This document shows positions 15,010-24,414 of a stretch of DNA of 56,230 bases, one piece after another. The notes under the pieces are model-generated. The model did no database searches. It was not told the DNA's origin and saw nothing but the letters and a program-made list of their open reading frames with translations. The position numbers and the translations under genes are program-made. Numbering within the stretch: position 1 is the stretch's first letter; every line of letters starts with the position of its first letter. Source of the DNA: a virus (taxonomy: Duplodnaviria > Caudoviricetes). The DNA is taken from the IMG/VR virus record IMGVR_UViG_3300043464_001636, positions 1 through 56,230 of that record, one strand, 5' to 3'.

Positions 15010-16640
15010 AGCATCATCCTGTAATCGCACGGCTCCGAGCACAAAATCAGTTTCCTCCTGGCCCTCGTCACGGCGACGTATTCGACGCGGCGCTCTTCGT
15101 CGTACTGCTCTGGATCAAGCTGCTGCGACTCCTGAACGCGACGGCTTGTGGCCGTGGCGAGGCAAACCGTATCAGCCTCCATGCCCTTTGCTGCATGAAT
15201 CGTGCCAATGCGAATCTGTGGCTTGGTAGCCAATTCGGGGCCATACTTTACTGCGGCCAGCCGCCAGCGCTCGCCGCCTGTGATGAGTTCGGCCCAGGTG
15301 CCGTCCATCGTTCTGGCCGCGAAGTACGGCGTCATGCCGGTCTGTTCGAGCATCGACGGATAGACGCGATCCCACCTGTCTCTGGTGGCGTCTCGCTCCC
15401 AGGCGGCCTTCGCCCCACGCACCATGAGCGGCCCGTCGGCGCCACGCACTGGAATCTCGGACACGGCGCAGGCGAAGTCATCGCCGTTGACGGGCCTGCC
15501 GTGCTCGAGATCCCACATGGCCTTGATGCCGCGCTTGAGCGCCGTGTTGTCTTTGGACTTAAGCTTCGAGAACGGCACGCCGCGTTTTTGCATGGCGCCT
15601 GCCCAGTCGTCGAGCGTGTAGTTGCAGCGGGCGATAATCAGTGTGGATTCTGTGGGGTCGAGCTTTGGGACGATCGCCGACGGGCCGCCGCCGGCTTTGA
15701 TCTCGCCGTCGTGGTCGGCCGGAGCGACCTCTCGGTCCCAGTAGCCCTTCCGCATCCGCTTCAGGCAGCGCTCGCCCAGATCCAGAATGGGTTTCGGGCA
15801 GCGCCATGATTTTTTCATGACGCGCTGCTTGTCGGCCTTCCAGTCCATGAAGTGCGAGGCGTCGGAGCCTCCGAATCCGAACACGGCCTGGAACGGGTCG
15901 CCAGCGAGGTAGACCCACTGCACCTGCTCGCCGCTGGCGAGACGCCTGCAGACGAGATCAACCAACTTGGAGGCGTCCTGGGCTTCGTCGAAGATCCAGG
16001 CTTTGACTCCTGGGGGTAGACCGCCGTCAGGCCCGACGTCATAGATTGAATCGGGTTCAAACTTCAAGCCAACGTATCGGGCGAGTAGATCTGCGTAATC
16101 GCAGCGCTCTTCGAGACGCTTGGCCTGTTCGTATCGCGTTATGAACTGCCTACACTCGGCAAACGTCGGAGGCGACTGCCCCGTGCGGGACATGCGCTTG
16201 ATCGTTTCGCAGAGCGGCTCGACTCTCGACCGGCTGAGATCCCAGCAGTTGAGGGCCGCCGCCGCGGCAGTGTCCCCAGTATACAGGGAATATCCGCTGT
16301 CGTCGTCAAACATCACCCGAACGTCGACCTTGAGGGCGTCTGCGACCCACTTCTGGTCGGCCTTCGAGTCCCCGATGAGTTGCCCCTTCTCGATCTTGAG
16401 CATCCGGTGGGCGACCCCGTGGACGGTCTTGAACCAGCCGTCCTTCGACAGGACGTCGGCCGGCACGTTCCAGGCCGCCGCCGCCCGACCCACTGCCTCG
16501 GCCCGAGCCGCCCGCGTGAACGAAGCGAACCCGATGGAGAAAGGGTCTCCACCTAGCCCAGCCTTCGCAGATTCCATAACCCGCAGAAGTTCCGTAGTCT
16601 TCCCAGACCCCGCAGACCCAATCAGTTTAGCGATGAGCAT
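15006..16640 (-). CDS. UvrD/Rep-like SF1 helicase
   Basis: GSAGSGKTT, FTRAA, DEAQD, GDPFQAVFGFGG, SWRCP, TIHAAKGMEAD, YVAVTRAR. Confidence 0.93.
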   Translation of the reverse strand: MLIAKLIGSAGSGKTTELLRVMESAKAGLGGDPFSIGFASFTRAARAEAVGRAAAAWNVPADVLSKDGWFKTVHGVAHRMLKIEKGQLIGDSKADQKWVADALKVDVRVMFDDDSGYSLYTGDTAAAAALNCWDLSRSRVEPLCETIKRMSRTGQSPPTFAECRQFITRYEQAKRLEERCDYADLLARYVGLKFEPDSIYDVGPDGGLPPGVKAWIFDEAQDASKLVDLVCRRLASGEQVQWVYLAGDPFQAVFGFGGSDASHFMDWKADKQRVMKKSWRCPKPILDLGERCLKRMRKGYWDREVAPADHDGEIKAGGGPSAIVPKLDPTESTLIIARCNYTLDDWAGAMQKRGVPFSKLKSKDNTALKRGIKAMWDLEHGRPVNGDDFACAVSEIPVRGADGPLMVRGAKAAWERDATRDRWDRVYPSMLEQTGMTPYFAARTMDGTWAELITGGERWRLAAVKYGPELATKPQIRIGTIHAAKGMEADTVCLATATSRRVQESQQLDPEQYDEERRVEYVAVTRARRKLILCSEPCDYRMML

Positions 16641-16656
16641 ACCACTTTTCCATAAA

Positions 16657-16746
16657 CAAGTCTAGACTTGACCAAAGTTTGGTATCACTTAAAGTGTTGC
16701 ACAGCAACGACTTGCGACTCAAAAAACCACAAAACCACAAAACCAC
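16657..16746. promoter_or_regulatory. Candidate replication origin: four abutting inverted repeats plus 3x AAAACCAC
   Basis: CAAGTCTAGACTTG, ACCAAA-G-TTTGGT, CACTT-A-AAGTG, GTTGC-ACA-GCAAC; AT-rich; lies between prim-pol and helicase. Confidence 0.55.
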
Positions 16747-16754
16747 GCCCATTT

Positions 16755-18431
16755 TCAACTCGATGCCCCAATTCCGCGTGTATAACTGGGGATTTGGGCA
16801 GCCTCGCCCGTAGCAATTCGCTCCAGTGCGCGCAAGTGCTTGCTGGCAAAGCGGATATAGCGTTTCGACGACCCGCCGTCCCCTCGGTGCCTCCCGACGA
16901 CGAACTCCGCGTCGCCCGACTCGGCCAAGATCAGCCGCTTCATCATCTGCTGGTCGCCCCCTAGGAGCTTCCTGCGGCCCCGATCGACGTCCTCCCAGGC
17001 CCGAGCCCAGGCGAACCACAACTCCCACTCTCCGGCCCCATTACGAACCCAGGAGGGGCGTCCTCCGGCGTCGGGCGTCCCGTCGTCGGACTCCTCGTCC
17101 CCTGGCTCTGGCGTGAGGCTGAGAACGTCTAGGAGCCAACCAGCGACGGTGGCGTACCTCAGATCCTCGACCGCCGCCTCCTCCTCAAGGGCGGCGTCCA
17201 TCAGCTTGGCCTTGAGCCCACGCACGGCCGGCTGGCCGCGACGAGCACCCCGGCCGCACCAGATCATCGACCACGCCTCTGGGATCTCGTCCAGAATGAC
17301 CGTGTGGGCGGCCTCCAAGACGGCGTGGGCAACCAGGGCTGCAGACCGATACTGCTCTGCGTTGAGGGTGACGTCGACCACCTTGTCCTCGCCCTTCTGG
17401 TGGACGGGGATCGACAGAACGTAGGACACAGGGTCGTTGTGGATGACCCGCAGCCGCCACCGCCCCGGGAACCACTCACCGTCCCGGTACTCCAGGCCGG
17501 TCAGCGTGAACGGCGTGTCGGCAGTCTCCTCTTCGCAGGTCTCCTCTTCACCGGCCAGATGGGACTCGAGCCGCTCCCGCAAAAACGCCGGCCCCTCTCC
17601 GGCCGCCCGCACCTTGATCGCCCACTTGAGTTGCCCCTGCCAGATGGAGGTGACTTCCTGGTCGTCCAGGGGCGGCCGGCACATGGTCTGGTTGATGGCC
17701 CTCGCCATCGCCAGCGTGTCTTGCTGCTCTCGCGGGTCGTGAGGGTCGAGCATCTGGATGCAAGCCCGCGAGATATAGCGGCACATCTCGGAGTTGCGCT
17801 CCCCTTGGCCGGCGCCCTTGTGCAGAATCTCAGTGGCGGGCCGCTTCGAGAGCATCTTCTCGCCACCGGTGTTCACGACAGCCTGCAGAAAACTCTCTGG
17901 AATCGGCGCGACGTCGACCTCGTCTGGCGTGAAGCCGTACTTCCACCTGTAGCGAACGCCGCTGGCGTGGGCCGACGGCGGAAAGACAGATTGCGAGCCG
18001 CGTGCGCCGCCGCCGATGCGCACTTCTAGGCCGCCAACCTTGATGACGGCCTGGGCCGGGAGCCTGGAGTCGAACTTGAAAAGTCTGTGCTCGCTGCGGT
18101 GCGAGATATAGGTCGGCGTCTCGATCGACGTCAGGCCGTACTTTTCGGCCGTGGCCTTGCCAGCCTCGTCGTCCCACTCGATGTCGATGATCCCAGACTG
18201 CTCGCCGAGAGCCACGCCGAGATTGTGGTCGGTGCCGTCAAACCACTCAGCCAGCGTGGTCTCGTCCGTTGTGGCCGCCCGCTGCCAGCCGGCAATGACA
18301 GGGTGCTTGCCAGGTGTGCCGCAGGCGGGATTCTTGCAGGCGCATCGCCCGTCCTCCCGCAGGCCGTAGACCGGGATGACTCGCCACCCACGCGCGGCGT
18401 AGTCAGCCGCACACTTGAAAACGTCTTCCAT
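16755..18431 (-). CDS. Bifunctional DNA primase-polymerase with PriCT-like domain
   Basis: GWRVIPV, C.C..P.C..PGKHP, NLGVA.G, IIDIE, VFPPSAH.SG..YRW, GERN. Confidence 0.88.
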   Translation of the reverse strand: MEDVFKCAADYAARGWRVIPVYGLREDGRCACKNPACGTPGKHPVIAGWQRAATTDETTLAEWFDGTDHNLGVALGEQSGIIDIEWDDEAGKATAEKYGLTSIETPTYISHRSEHRLFKFDSRLPAQAVIKVGGLEVRIGGGARGSQSVFPPSAHASGVRYRWKYGFTPDEVDVAPIPESFLQAVVNTGGEKMLSKRPATEILHKGAGQGERNSEMCRYISRACIQMLDPHDPREQQDTLAMARAINQTMCRPPLDDQEVTSIWQGQLKWAIKVRAAGEGPAFLRERLESHLAGEEETCEEETADTPFTLTGLEYRDGEWFPGRWRLRVIHNDPVSYVLSIPVHQKGEDKVVDVTLNAEQYRSAALVAHAVLEAAHTVILDEIPEAWSMIWCGRGARRGQPAVRGLKAKLMDAALEEEAAVEDLRYATVAGWLLDVLSLTPEPGDEESDDGTPDAGGRPSWVRNGAGEWELWFAWARAWEDVDRGRRKLLGGDQQMMKRLILAESGDAEFVVGRHRGDGGSSKRYIRFASKHLRALERIATGEAAQIPSYTRGIGASS

Positions 18432-18448
18432 GAGATCCTCCGTGAATG

Positions 18449-18491
18449 AAAAAAGCCGCTGGGTGGCGGGTGTGTGGCGCCACCCAGCGGC
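18449..18491 (-). terminator. Intrinsic terminator directly upstream of the prim-pol RBS
   Basis: 14-bp perfect stem GCCGCTGGGTGGCG/CGCCACCCAGCGGC followed by T6 on the minus strand. Confidence 0.8.
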
Positions 18492-18623
18492 AAACGCTCG
18501 CCGTGCGCTAGGCGTGGAGAAGGTCGCTGCGCAAGGCCGAACTTCCGGTGTTACAAAGCCACGGCCGGCTGGGCTGGCGGCCGGCGAAAGTGCCGGTTTG
18601 GGCCGCCGCCCCAGCCGCTGTGC

Positions 18624-19397
18624 CTACTCCTCGTCCTCGATCTCCACGGTGCCGCCACCAATCGGCGGGGTCGTGAACATCGCGCGGATCGGATCCGCGT
18701 AGGTGCGCCGAGCCACCTCTCCCTGCTCCTCGGACAACTGCCCGACGAGCCGCGGAACGATCTGGCTGTAGGGCTGACCGCCCTTGCCCTTCGCCCGCGT
18801 CAACTTCAGGCCGACGACAGCCTCGTGCGGGAAGCACGGCAACCGCTTGAGGAACGGGATGATGTTCCGCAGGCTGCCTGGGCCGACCGTCACGAGGATC
18901 GGCCACGTTTCGTTCTGACGAAGAATCGCCAAAACACGCGCCTCCTTGCACCGCTTGCCGCTGCCAGACCGCGACGTCCCGTAGCCGAACTCGACAGAGC
19001 TGGCCAGGGCCGCCCAGTCGTACTTCCGATCCCCGATCCTGTAGCGCTCGAGCGCGTCCGGGTTGATCGTTCCCAGATCGTCCGACACCCGGTAGCCGAT
19101 CTGCAGATCGTTCGACACGAGCACCGGACGAGACTCCGACGGGTCTTCCGCCGGCCACAAGATCCCCTTCTTGCCGACGCCGACGAGCAGCCCGACGATC
19201 TCGTCGGTCGTCTCGACGTTGCCGTCGACGTCAATCGACCACTGCGTCGCACCGCCCAGAGGCGTCTTGACGCGAACGAGATCCGTCTCGTTCATCTGCT
19301 CGCCTTCCAGATTGGCAGAAATGATCTGCATCTGGCGGCTGTTCGGCGCGAGCGCCGGGTAGTCGACCGTCTTGGTCGACAAGGCCGTAGTGACCAT
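18624..19397 (-). CDS. Replication-module protein, possible ssDNA-binding protein
   Basis: AAGGAG RBS; beta-rich with acidic C-terminal tail EIEDEE; position in module. Confidence 0.6.
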   Translation of the reverse strand: MVTTALSTKTVDYPALAPNSRQMQIISANLEGEQMNETDLVRVKTPLGGATQWSIDVDGNVETTDEIVGLLVGVGKKGILWPAEDPSESRPVLVSNDLQIGYRVSDDLGTINPDALERYRIGDRKYDWAALASSVEFGYGTSRSGSGKRCKEARVLAILRQNETWPILVTVGPGSLRNIIPFLKRLPCFPHEAVVGLKLTRAKGKGGQPYSQIVPRLVGQLSEEQGEVARRTYADPIRAMFTTPPIGGGTVEIEDEE

Positions 19398-19441
19398 AAA
19401 TCAACTCCTTCTTCTTCTGTAGTTAATCAACCGTACCAGCG

Positions 19442-19882
19442 TCAGCCAACCGTGACATGACGCAACTTCATCTCCACGAACTCGCCCACGACGCCCTCGA
19501 AGGGCGTCCCTGCGGCGAACGACCGGCCGGCCTCCCTGCCGGCTTCTTTGGCACGTTCGACCAGCCACGCCTTGAGCGTAGGCGTGGCTACCGTCGTGAT
19601 CGCATCCTCGATCCCGATGGCTCGCGCTGCCTCCAGCACCGCGTCGCGCCGATCCTTCGGCACCGACAGGTGAAGGGACTCCTCCACCCGCCAACTCCTC
19701 CCTGCGACTCGAACTCCGTCGAGCCGTTGTGTTTTCATTTCTTCCACTGCCAGACCTTCCAAGTCAGCGCGTTGACGCTTCAGTTCGTCCGCCTGTGCAG
19801 ATAGCGTGCCAATCGTTTTGTCGAGCTGCGTGATTTTCTCAAGCAGCGACGACAGTTCTTCTGTACCCGTCAATGATGGCAT
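19442..19882 (-). CDS. Conserved-type phage protein (coiled coil plus TLKAW motif)
   Basis: AGGAGG RBS. Confidence 0.7.
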   Translation of the reverse strand: MPSLTGTEELSSLLEKITQLDKTIGTLSAQADELKRQRADLEGLAVEEMKTQRLDGVRVAGRSWRVEESLHLSVPKDRRDAVLEAARAIGIEDAITTVATPTLKAWLVERAKEAGREAGRSFAAGTPFEGVVGEFVEMKLRHVTVG

Positions 19883-21203
19883 TGATGACCTCCTGTCTCT
19901 CCGAAAGTGCCTTATAAACTCCACCGTCCACCGTCATGCCGCCGCCAACGGTGGCGACGAGCGAATAAAAATGAGTTGTCTTGGCCTGCCCTGGCCGATG
20001 TAGCCGCGCAATGGCCTGCAGGTATTCGCTGAGTGAGTGGCCGAGCGAATAGAAAACCCCATACGACGCCCGCGTGAGGTCTATTCCGATGCCGCCGCTG
20101 GCTGTGTTGGCCACAAGGACGTTTGTCTTGCCTTCCTGCCAGTCGGCCAGTTCGTTCTTGCTGCCCGACAGTTCGCTGGCCGCGCGGCCGCATTTCTTGC
20201 ACTCGGCCAGAATCGCCTCCAGATCTGCGCGGTACTTGCAGAACACGACCACAGGCTCTTCAGGCGGCAGATCTTCGAGGATCTCACGCAACGCCGCGGC
20301 CTTGCTCGGCGTCTCGGTGAGTTTCGTGGCCTGCCTGTTACCGTCTTTATGGACGCTGCCGCCGCAGACCTCGAGCAGGCGGATCAACTGCACGAGCACG
20401 TTGGCCGGCGTCACCTCGCCGTCCTCCATGACTGCGCAGAAATCCTTCTCGATCTCTCGATAAAGTTTGGCCTCGGTGTCGTTCAGTTCAACGTCGACTT
20501 GTTCGTGCATGATGGGCGGCAGATCCAGAACGTCTTCAGACCGACGATGGAATGTCGTCTCTGCAATCTTCGTGCCAAACTGCGATGTGTTTCTGTACCC
20601 TATCACCATGCCCGGTATCCGCGGGTTCGTGATGGCATAGGTGCTTTTGAACGTCGTGTAGGACGTTCCGAACGTCTGGCAAACCGGCGCCTCGATGGCC
20701 CGGTAGACCCCGTAGGCGTCCAGCGGCGAGTGGGCGAGCAGCGTCCCAGACAGCCCGATGCGTCGCGCCGCGGGGTTTTTCTTCCCCATGCGGGCCGCCC
20801 AGCGGCTTGTTGTGCCGCTGGGCGCCTTGAGCCTGTGGCACTCGTCGTAGCAAAGGGCGTCCCAGGGTGTTTTTTCGAGCGTCGGCAGCCGCCATGCGGT
20901 CTCATAATTGACCACCACGACGAGCGGCGAGTTGTCCGCCAGCGCGGCCGCGAGGGCTTTTTCTTTCTGGGCAGACGTTCCCTTCGTCAAAAGCAGCACG
21001 CGGTAGCCGGCCAGCCACAGGCCGGCCTGCTTCCCCCACGCCGGCACGACGGCTTTCGGGCAGCACACGAGCGCGCGCCTGGCGCCGCTGCGCATCAGAA
21101 TCTCAAGCAGACAGCGGCTCTTTCCCGTCCCCATCCCCATGTGCAGGATGGCGCAGAGCCTTCCCAGCGCCCACTCGACAGCTTCCTGCTGATGCCTCCA
21201 CAT
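19839..21203 (-). CDS. SNF2-like SF2 helicase
   Basis: MGTGKS, NYE, DECH, LSGT, GGIGIDL, QAIARLHRPGQ. Confidence 0.92.
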   Translation of the reverse strand: MWRHQQEAVEWALGRLCAILHMGMGTGKSRCLLEILMRSGARRALVCCPKAVVPAWGKQAGLWLAGYRVLLLTKGTSAQKEKALAAALADNSPLVVVVNYETAWRLPTLEKTPWDALCYDECHRLKAPSGTTSRWAARMGKKNPAARRIGLSGTLLAHSPLDAYGVYRAIEAPVCQTFGTSYTTFKSTYAITNPRIPGMVIGYRNTSQFGTKIAETTFHRRSEDVLDLPPIMHEQVDVELNDTEAKLYREIEKDFCAVMEDGEVTPANVLVQLIRLLEVCGGSVHKDGNRQATKLTETPSKAAALREILEDLPPEEPVVVFCKYRADLEAILAECKKCGRAASELSGSKNELADWQEGKTNVLVANTASGGIGIDLTRASYGVFYSLGHSLSEYLQAIARLHRPGQAKTTHFYSLVATVGGGMTVDGGVYKALSERQEVINAIIDGYRRTVVAA

Positions 21204-21211
21204 GGCGCGGC

Positions 21212-21240
21212 ATGATACGCATCTATTTTCTACAGGTCAA
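21212..21240 (-). promoter_or_regulatory. Sigma-70-type promoter of the replication operon, near-leaderless
   Basis: TTGACC-N17-TATCAT-N8-ATG. Confidence 0.65.
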
Positions 21241-21751
21241 CAGAAGATCTGGGCCGGCCTTTTTTCGTCCCAGACTCCTCTTGTCGCCTGACTTCAGAAG
21301 CCCATGCCTCGACAGAGGTGCGTGAGAAAATCCACAACCGCGACCGGCTGGCTCGCTGCGACCAGAGGATTCTGCCGACGATCTTCCCATCGCCGACCAT
21401 TCGAGGCACGAGCGTCCAGAACACCCCCAGGACTCTCGCGGCCTCCTCGACGCCGATGGCGTCCCCGAACTCGATAGCCGGCTTGCTCTTGGCGGCAAGC
21501 TGCCTGAGAGTCTCGGCCCGCGACGCCACGGCCACCCGTGGCCTGCCCGCCTTGCCGGAACTGCGCCCGCGCTCGTATTCACGAAAGTTCTCGTCGCATT
21601 CGCGGGCCGAGTAAACCGCGAAAGATCTGCCGGCTGTGCCGGCAATCTCGCGGGACGAGATCACCCCGTCTTCGGCGAGTTTCCTGGGGCGCGTAAAGTG
21701 GACGCCTAGCAGTCCCGCGGCCTCGTAGGCTCCGACAGCCTCGTTTCTCAT
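21230..21751 (-). CDS. DNA-binding protein with two HTH_17/excisionase-like repeats
   Basis: VGAYEAAGLLGVH and IGVEEAARVLGVF; divergent from the integrase unit. Confidence 0.72.
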   Translation of the reverse strand: MRNEAVGAYEAAGLLGVHFTRPRKLAEDGVISSREIAGTAGRSFAVYSARECDENFREYERGRSSGKAGRPRVAVASRAETLRQLAAKSKPAIEFGDAIGVEEAARVLGVFWTLVPRMVGDGKIVGRILWSQRASRSRLWIFSRTSVEAWASEVRRQEESGTKKGRPRSSVDL

Positions 21752-21853
21752 GCCGGAATAATCCCGTGCTGCCCGGCGCTTGACAAGTAAGTCTCGAGTG
21801 GAGGATAGTTTACTCGAATCCCAGCCACCCACGGCCGGGGCCGAAAGCACGCA

Positions 21854-21867
21854 TTTCAAGGAGGAAA
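21854..21867 (+). promoter_or_regulatory. RBS stem-loop TTTC-AAGGAG-GAAA, candidate CsrA site
   Basis: ANGGAN hexaloop 2 nt before the ATG at 21870. Confidence 0.55.
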
Positions 21868-21869
21868 GC

Positions 21870-22076
21870 ATGGCAAGGCGGTACGCCGTAATTGTGGACT
21901 GGACAGATGGCGAGGTTGTCGATGCCGACGAGGTTGTCGTTTACGCAGACTCTGCGGCAGAGGCAATCAGGAAGGCCAGAAGTAAGTGGAGGATTACGGT
22001 CGGCGCCGTGTGGCCGCATTGTCGACTGGATCGTGCCTGGATTCTCACTCCCAGCAGGCGGCTGGGGGTTGTGTAG
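21870..22076 (+). CDS. Hypothetical protein
   Basis: AAGGAGG RBS. Confidence 0.7.
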   Translation: MARRYAVIVDWTDGEVVDADEVVVYADSAAEAIRKARSKWRITVGAVWPHCRLDRAWILTPSRRLGVV

Positions 22077-22115
22077 ACGCATGGAGGTGGTACACCCGTC
22101 AGCCTGGGGACCACC

Positions 22116-22985
22116 GTGATTTGCAACAACGATAGCTTGACCCTCCGCGGGTGCTGCCGCGACGTATACGCACCGCTACGCGCCATCTCGCCGCGGACGC
22201 TGAAGCTCTACCTGTTCACGATCGACGCCTTCGGCGCATTCATCGGCCACGAGCCGACGACCGCCGATCTTGAGGAACTGGTCGTAGCTCAGTTCTTGGC
22301 CCACCGCACGCGCACCCGCGCAGCGGCCACAGCCGCGAAGGATCGGGCGTGCCTCCATGCCCTGTGGGAGTTCCTAGCGCGCCGCAAGGCGGTCAGCACA
22401 TGGCCGACGATTCCTACCGTCAACGTGCCTGAGCGAGTCCCAGAGGCGTGGCTGACCGAGGAGTTCGCCAGGCTCCTGGCTGCGGCTCGGGCCGAGAAGA
22501 CGACGATCGCGGGCGTCCCCGGTGGCCTCTGGTGGCGCGCACTTTTACTGCTGGCCTACGATACGGGCGAGCGCATCGCTGCACTGACGGCGGTGCGTTG
22601 GGCCGACGTCCGCCCCGGCTTCGTACTGTTTAGGGCCGAGACGCGCAAGGGCCGCCGCCGCGACATCGTCCGCGAGGTCGGCGAGGAGACACAGGCGGCG
22701 CTCGAGGCGATCCGCGGCGATCGTGACCTCGTTTTCCCTTGGCCTTATTGCCACACATACCTCTGGACGAGGCTGTCTATCATCCTACGGCGCGCGAACC
22801 TGCCCGCTGGTCGCCGCGACAAGTTTCACCGGATAAGAAGGACGACCGCGAGCTACTACGAAGCCGCCGGCCATTCGGCCCAGCGGCTGCTCGATCATGC
22901 CTCGCCGGCCACAACCCGCCGATATCTCGATCCGCGGGTTGTGCAGACCGTTGCGGCGCCGTCGGTCATTCCAAAGGTGAGCTGA
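22116..22985 (+). CDS. int: Tyrosine recombinase/integrase; start uncertain
   Basis: YDTGERI (R), TRK (K), FHRIRRT (HxxR), LLDH, TTRRY (Y). Confidence 0.9.
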   Translation: MICNNDSLTLRGCCRDVYAPLRAISPRTLKLYLFTIDAFGAFIGHEPTTADLEELVVAQFLAHRTRTRAAATAAKDRACLHALWEFLARRKAVSTWPTIPTVNVPERVPEAWLTEEFARLLAAARAEKTTIAGVPGGLWWRALLLLAYDTGERIAALTAVRWADVRPGFVLFRAETRKGRRRDIVREVGEETQAALEAIRGDRDLVFPWPYCHTYLWTRLSIILRRANLPAGRRDKFHRIRRTTASYYEAAGHSAQRLLDHASPATTRRYLDPRVVQTVAAPSVIPKVS

Positions 22986-23006
22986 CCTGCCCCAGTCGAT
23001 GTATGC

Positions 23007-23297
23007 CTACTCCTCGCGGAGGAGCGTGACTCCGAACGAGCCAGGAGCGGCCGGCGGAATGGTGTCTGTCGCCACAAACTCGAAGGCCGCCGGCTCTGAC
23101 ACATTCGCGGCGTCGTCGACGTCGACGAGCGTCAGCACGACCGAGTCGCTGTCGGCAAACCCAAACTCGCCGAAACTAGTCGTGTCAGCCTCGTAGGAAG
23201 TCTCACCGCGAACCTCGCCGTTCACGGTCACGGTGAGCTTGCGCGAAACGACATCAGCATCGACGACGGGGGCAGCGGTAACGGCATAGATCAGCAT
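23007..23297 (-). CDS. Small beta-rich (Ig/FN3-like) protein; alternative leaderless start at 23399
   Basis: AGGAG RBS; VD.AANVSEP...DTIPPAAP motif. Confidence 0.65.
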   Translation of the reverse strand: MLIYAVTAAPVVDADVVSRKLTVTVNGEVRGETSYEADTTSFGEFGFADSDSVVLTLVDVDDAANVSEPAAFEFVATDTIPPAAPGSFGVTLLREE

Positions 23298-23470
23298 GGA
23301 TTTGCTCCTACGTTTTTGGCGAGCATGAAGGCAGTACGGCCGTGTCTGTTTGCGGACGAGCCTCGCCAATTGTTGCTCGATGCCGCGAAAAGGCCACATA
23401 CCAACACTATACCATTCCACGCCTTGCAGCCCGCTCAATGGACGGGCGGCGTTCTCTCGCCGCAAGAGCG

Positions 23471-23836
23471 TCATTCGCCTTCTGGGATTTCAATTCCATA
23501 AGACGCCAGCCTGTCCATGATCTCGTTTTGGGTCGTCGGCCCGAGATTGGTGCAGCACTCCAAGTCCAACCGCGTCAGCCCGGCGAGCGACTTCCCGTCC
23601 ACAAACCCCATTCGACGGAGCAGCTTGTTCGCTCGTGGGCCAAGCCCAGACATGAACTCCTCAAAGTCTATCGCCTCGCAAGCCTCCCGCATTGCATCCC
23701 AGTCTACATCAACGTCCAGGCGAAGACGCTCAATCGCCTTTGTAATGCTTTCTGCGCTTTGCTGTAACGTCCTCAAATCCTTGGCTATCGAGTTGAGCCG
23801 CAGCCGAACCTGTCTGACCGTTGGTTTGTTCTTCAT
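23471..23836 (-). CDS. Coiled coil fused to an RNA polymerase alpha C-terminal domain-like module
   Basis: LGPRANKLLRRMGF...L...T..DL....NLGPTTQNEI.DRL..YG matches the alpha-CTD HhH pattern. Confidence 0.75.
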   Translation of the reverse strand: MKNKPTVRQVRLRLNSIAKDLRTLQQSAESITKAIERLRLDVDVDWDAMREACEAIDFEEFMSGLGPRANKLLRRMGFVDGKSLAGLTRLDLECCTNLGPTTQNEIMDRLASYGIEIPEGE

Positions 23837-23948
23837 TGTCGCCTCCTTGTGGCAACCAACCCTACCGGGTTTTTTTGCGGCGGCAAGCAACAAAATGAAG
23901 ATCAACCAAGATCAATCAACATCAATCAACGGGCGTCTCTCCCTTCGC

Positions 23949-24116
23949 TCAGTAGCGCAATAGTTCGATCTGCCGCCGCAGGTCGCGTGCCAGCCCACGC
24001 AAGGCCGGAGCGTTCCCGGCGCTGGTCTTGGCGGCTGCGAGACAGGCATCACGCTGCCTCTCTAGCCGCTGCATTTCCTTGTCGCGCCGACGCTTCCATT
24101 CTGCTTCGGAGAGCAT
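23949..24116 (-). CDS. Small basic hypothetical protein
   Basis: GAGGG upstream of ATG. Confidence 0.5.
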   Translation of the reverse strand: MLSEAEWKRRRDKEMQRLERQRDACLAAAKTSAGNAPALRGLARDLRRQIELLRY

Positions 24117-24210
24117 CCGTCCCTCTCTGATTTCAGTACGGCACAATGCCGCATGTGCGGAGTGTGCAAAAACTGTCACTTTTCGCCAGTGTGTGTATCA
24201 AAAATGACAC

Positions 24211-24414
24211 TTATCGCTCCAGCAGTTCCGCCGGGATCAGCCGCCGAATTTCCTCCGCTAGTTCGCGTTCCGGCTGCGTCGGGCTGCCGTGCTTCAGCAA
24301 TCCGCGACAACGCTGGTCGATCTCCCAGAGCGTGGCGAGCGCCTCGCTCCCAAGCCGGGCGGCGTCGAACTCTGATTGTTCGTCGGGCAGGCGGAATCGG
24401 AGGGTGGCGATCAT
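24211..24414 (-). CDS. Hypothetical phage protein
   Basis: Preceded by TTGCGC-N16-TACAAT-N7-ATG (leaderless-type promoter). Confidence 0.7.
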   Translation of the reverse strand: MIATLRFRLPDEQSEFDAARLGSEALATLWEIDQRCRGLLKHGSPTQPERELAEEIRRLIPAELLER

